From the NCBI GenBank assembly GCA_977016875.1, contig CDRNST010000102.1, positions 1,364,001 through 1,428,000 of the forward strand: a stretch of 64,000 nt of DNA, in the 5' to 3' direction. Under the pieces are notes generated by a model. The model ran no database searches. It worked only from the letters and a program-made list of their open reading frames with translations, and was not told the origin of the DNA. The translations under genes were made by a program, and so were the position numbers. Position 1 is the first letter of the stretch. Every line of letters begins with the position of its first letter. The DNA comes from Pavona decussata. Taxonomy: Eukaryota. Shown in pieces: positions 62,970 to 64,000 of the stretch.

Positions 62970-64000
62970 ATTATTAAAAAATTATCAACGTACTTTCAAG
63001 CAAATCTTGTCCACTTGATCCAGTGCCAACTCATCTTCTAAGTCACTGCGCTAATTATAACAGACATTATTAACGAATCCTTATGCACTGGTGTATTCCC
63101 AGCTGTACTAATAAACAGTCTTTAGTGCGTCGAGTTTTGAAGAAACCTGATCTTGACAAAGATGTTCTTAAAAATTGCCGACCTGTTGCAAATATTCCTT
63201 TGATGGCCGAAGTTATTGAAAAGGCTGCTGCGGCTAAAACGCATTTCTACTTGGAGACAAACCACTTATTGCCTCAGTATGCAATCAGCGTATCGGAGAC
63301 ATCACTCCACCGAGACTGCGCTTTTCCGATTTATGAACGATGTACTAAACCTTCGATCTTCGTCAAGACGTTGTCTTTATAATATTGGGCCTGTCAGCTG
63401 CCTTCGACACCCTTGATCACACTCTTCTCAAGGACAGACTCAGCAATTACTTGGATTTTCATATAGTGTGTTCTAAGATGGCCACCTTTATTTTATAAAT
63501 TACTACGAAACAAATAGAACCAAGGGTGATCTTCCCTGAAAAGCTCTTACAACTGAGCTTGCTGAGATCATCCTGCTACTAAATAAGTAACTGTAGATTC
63601 AATTGATGTAAGTAAGAAAAGTGGCAAAAATAAATAAAGTGAAGTGAAGTGAAATGGTTCTCCTCTCACCTTCGATAGTTAACAAATAGTCCAGTCCGTA
63701 GTCTCCGCTCATAATCTGAACAGTATATTTTATGGAGATGACTCGCAAATATATATTAGCATCAACCCTAATGATCAATCATATTGACCATTAATCACCC
63801 TCCGACGATTTGTTACCCATGCTATGGCATGGAACACACAATAAGTGGCTATGCAATTCTGATAAAACAGAAGGTATTCAATTTATTTCTCGCTTTGTCA
63901 GGCATCCGATCATTAGAGATTTTTTGCTTGGTGATACCACTGTATATATATCGGACCGAGTATGTAACCGCAGTGTTATAATGAACAAGGAACTCAATCT
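62970..64000 (+). mobile_element. Decayed L2/CR1-group LINE (duplicate of 22520-23400)
   Basis: SCPLDPVP, KNCRPVANIP and QSAYRRHHSTETA motifs. Confidence 0.8.

Larger units (their letters stand above)
60526..64000. repeat. Tandem segmental duplication, copy C (partial, with internal deletions)
   Basis: Same junction as 29703; shares the minus-strand LINE and half-trefoil with B, then jumps to sequence matching 22180 onward. Confidence 0.85.

Overview
AT-rich eukaryotic DNA with spliceosomal introns and many transposon relics. From recalled gene and repeat families it is most likely a stony coral (inference, not searched). Bases 1-14.4 kb are non-coding and repeat-rich. From about 14.44 kb the window is a tandem array of a head-to-head, two-gene cassette encoding secreted proteins. 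The minus strand carries a trefoil (P-domain) gene; the plus strand carries a signal peptide + PAN/Apple + remnant EGF + fibrinogen-like gene. Copy A (14440-29702) has both genes intact: a 191-aa three-trefoil protein whose N-terminal leader is assembled with two microexons, and a 372-aa PAN-EGF-FReD-like protein. Copy B (29703-60525) has a half-trefoil derivative, an intact 372-aa paralogue and a partial duplicate that could encode a stand-alone secreted PAN domain. Copy B is inflated by TEs: a CR1-type LINE carrying a hAT, a Gypsy element with 148-bp LTRs, a BEL/Pao element carrying a TTAA MITE, and a foldback-like element. Copy C starts at 60526 and runs off the window. Penelope relics with hammerhead-like cores, a tRNA-derived palindromic element, minisatellites and several MITEs are also present. 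Gene models were spliced by hand from GT-AG sites; there is no expression evidence.
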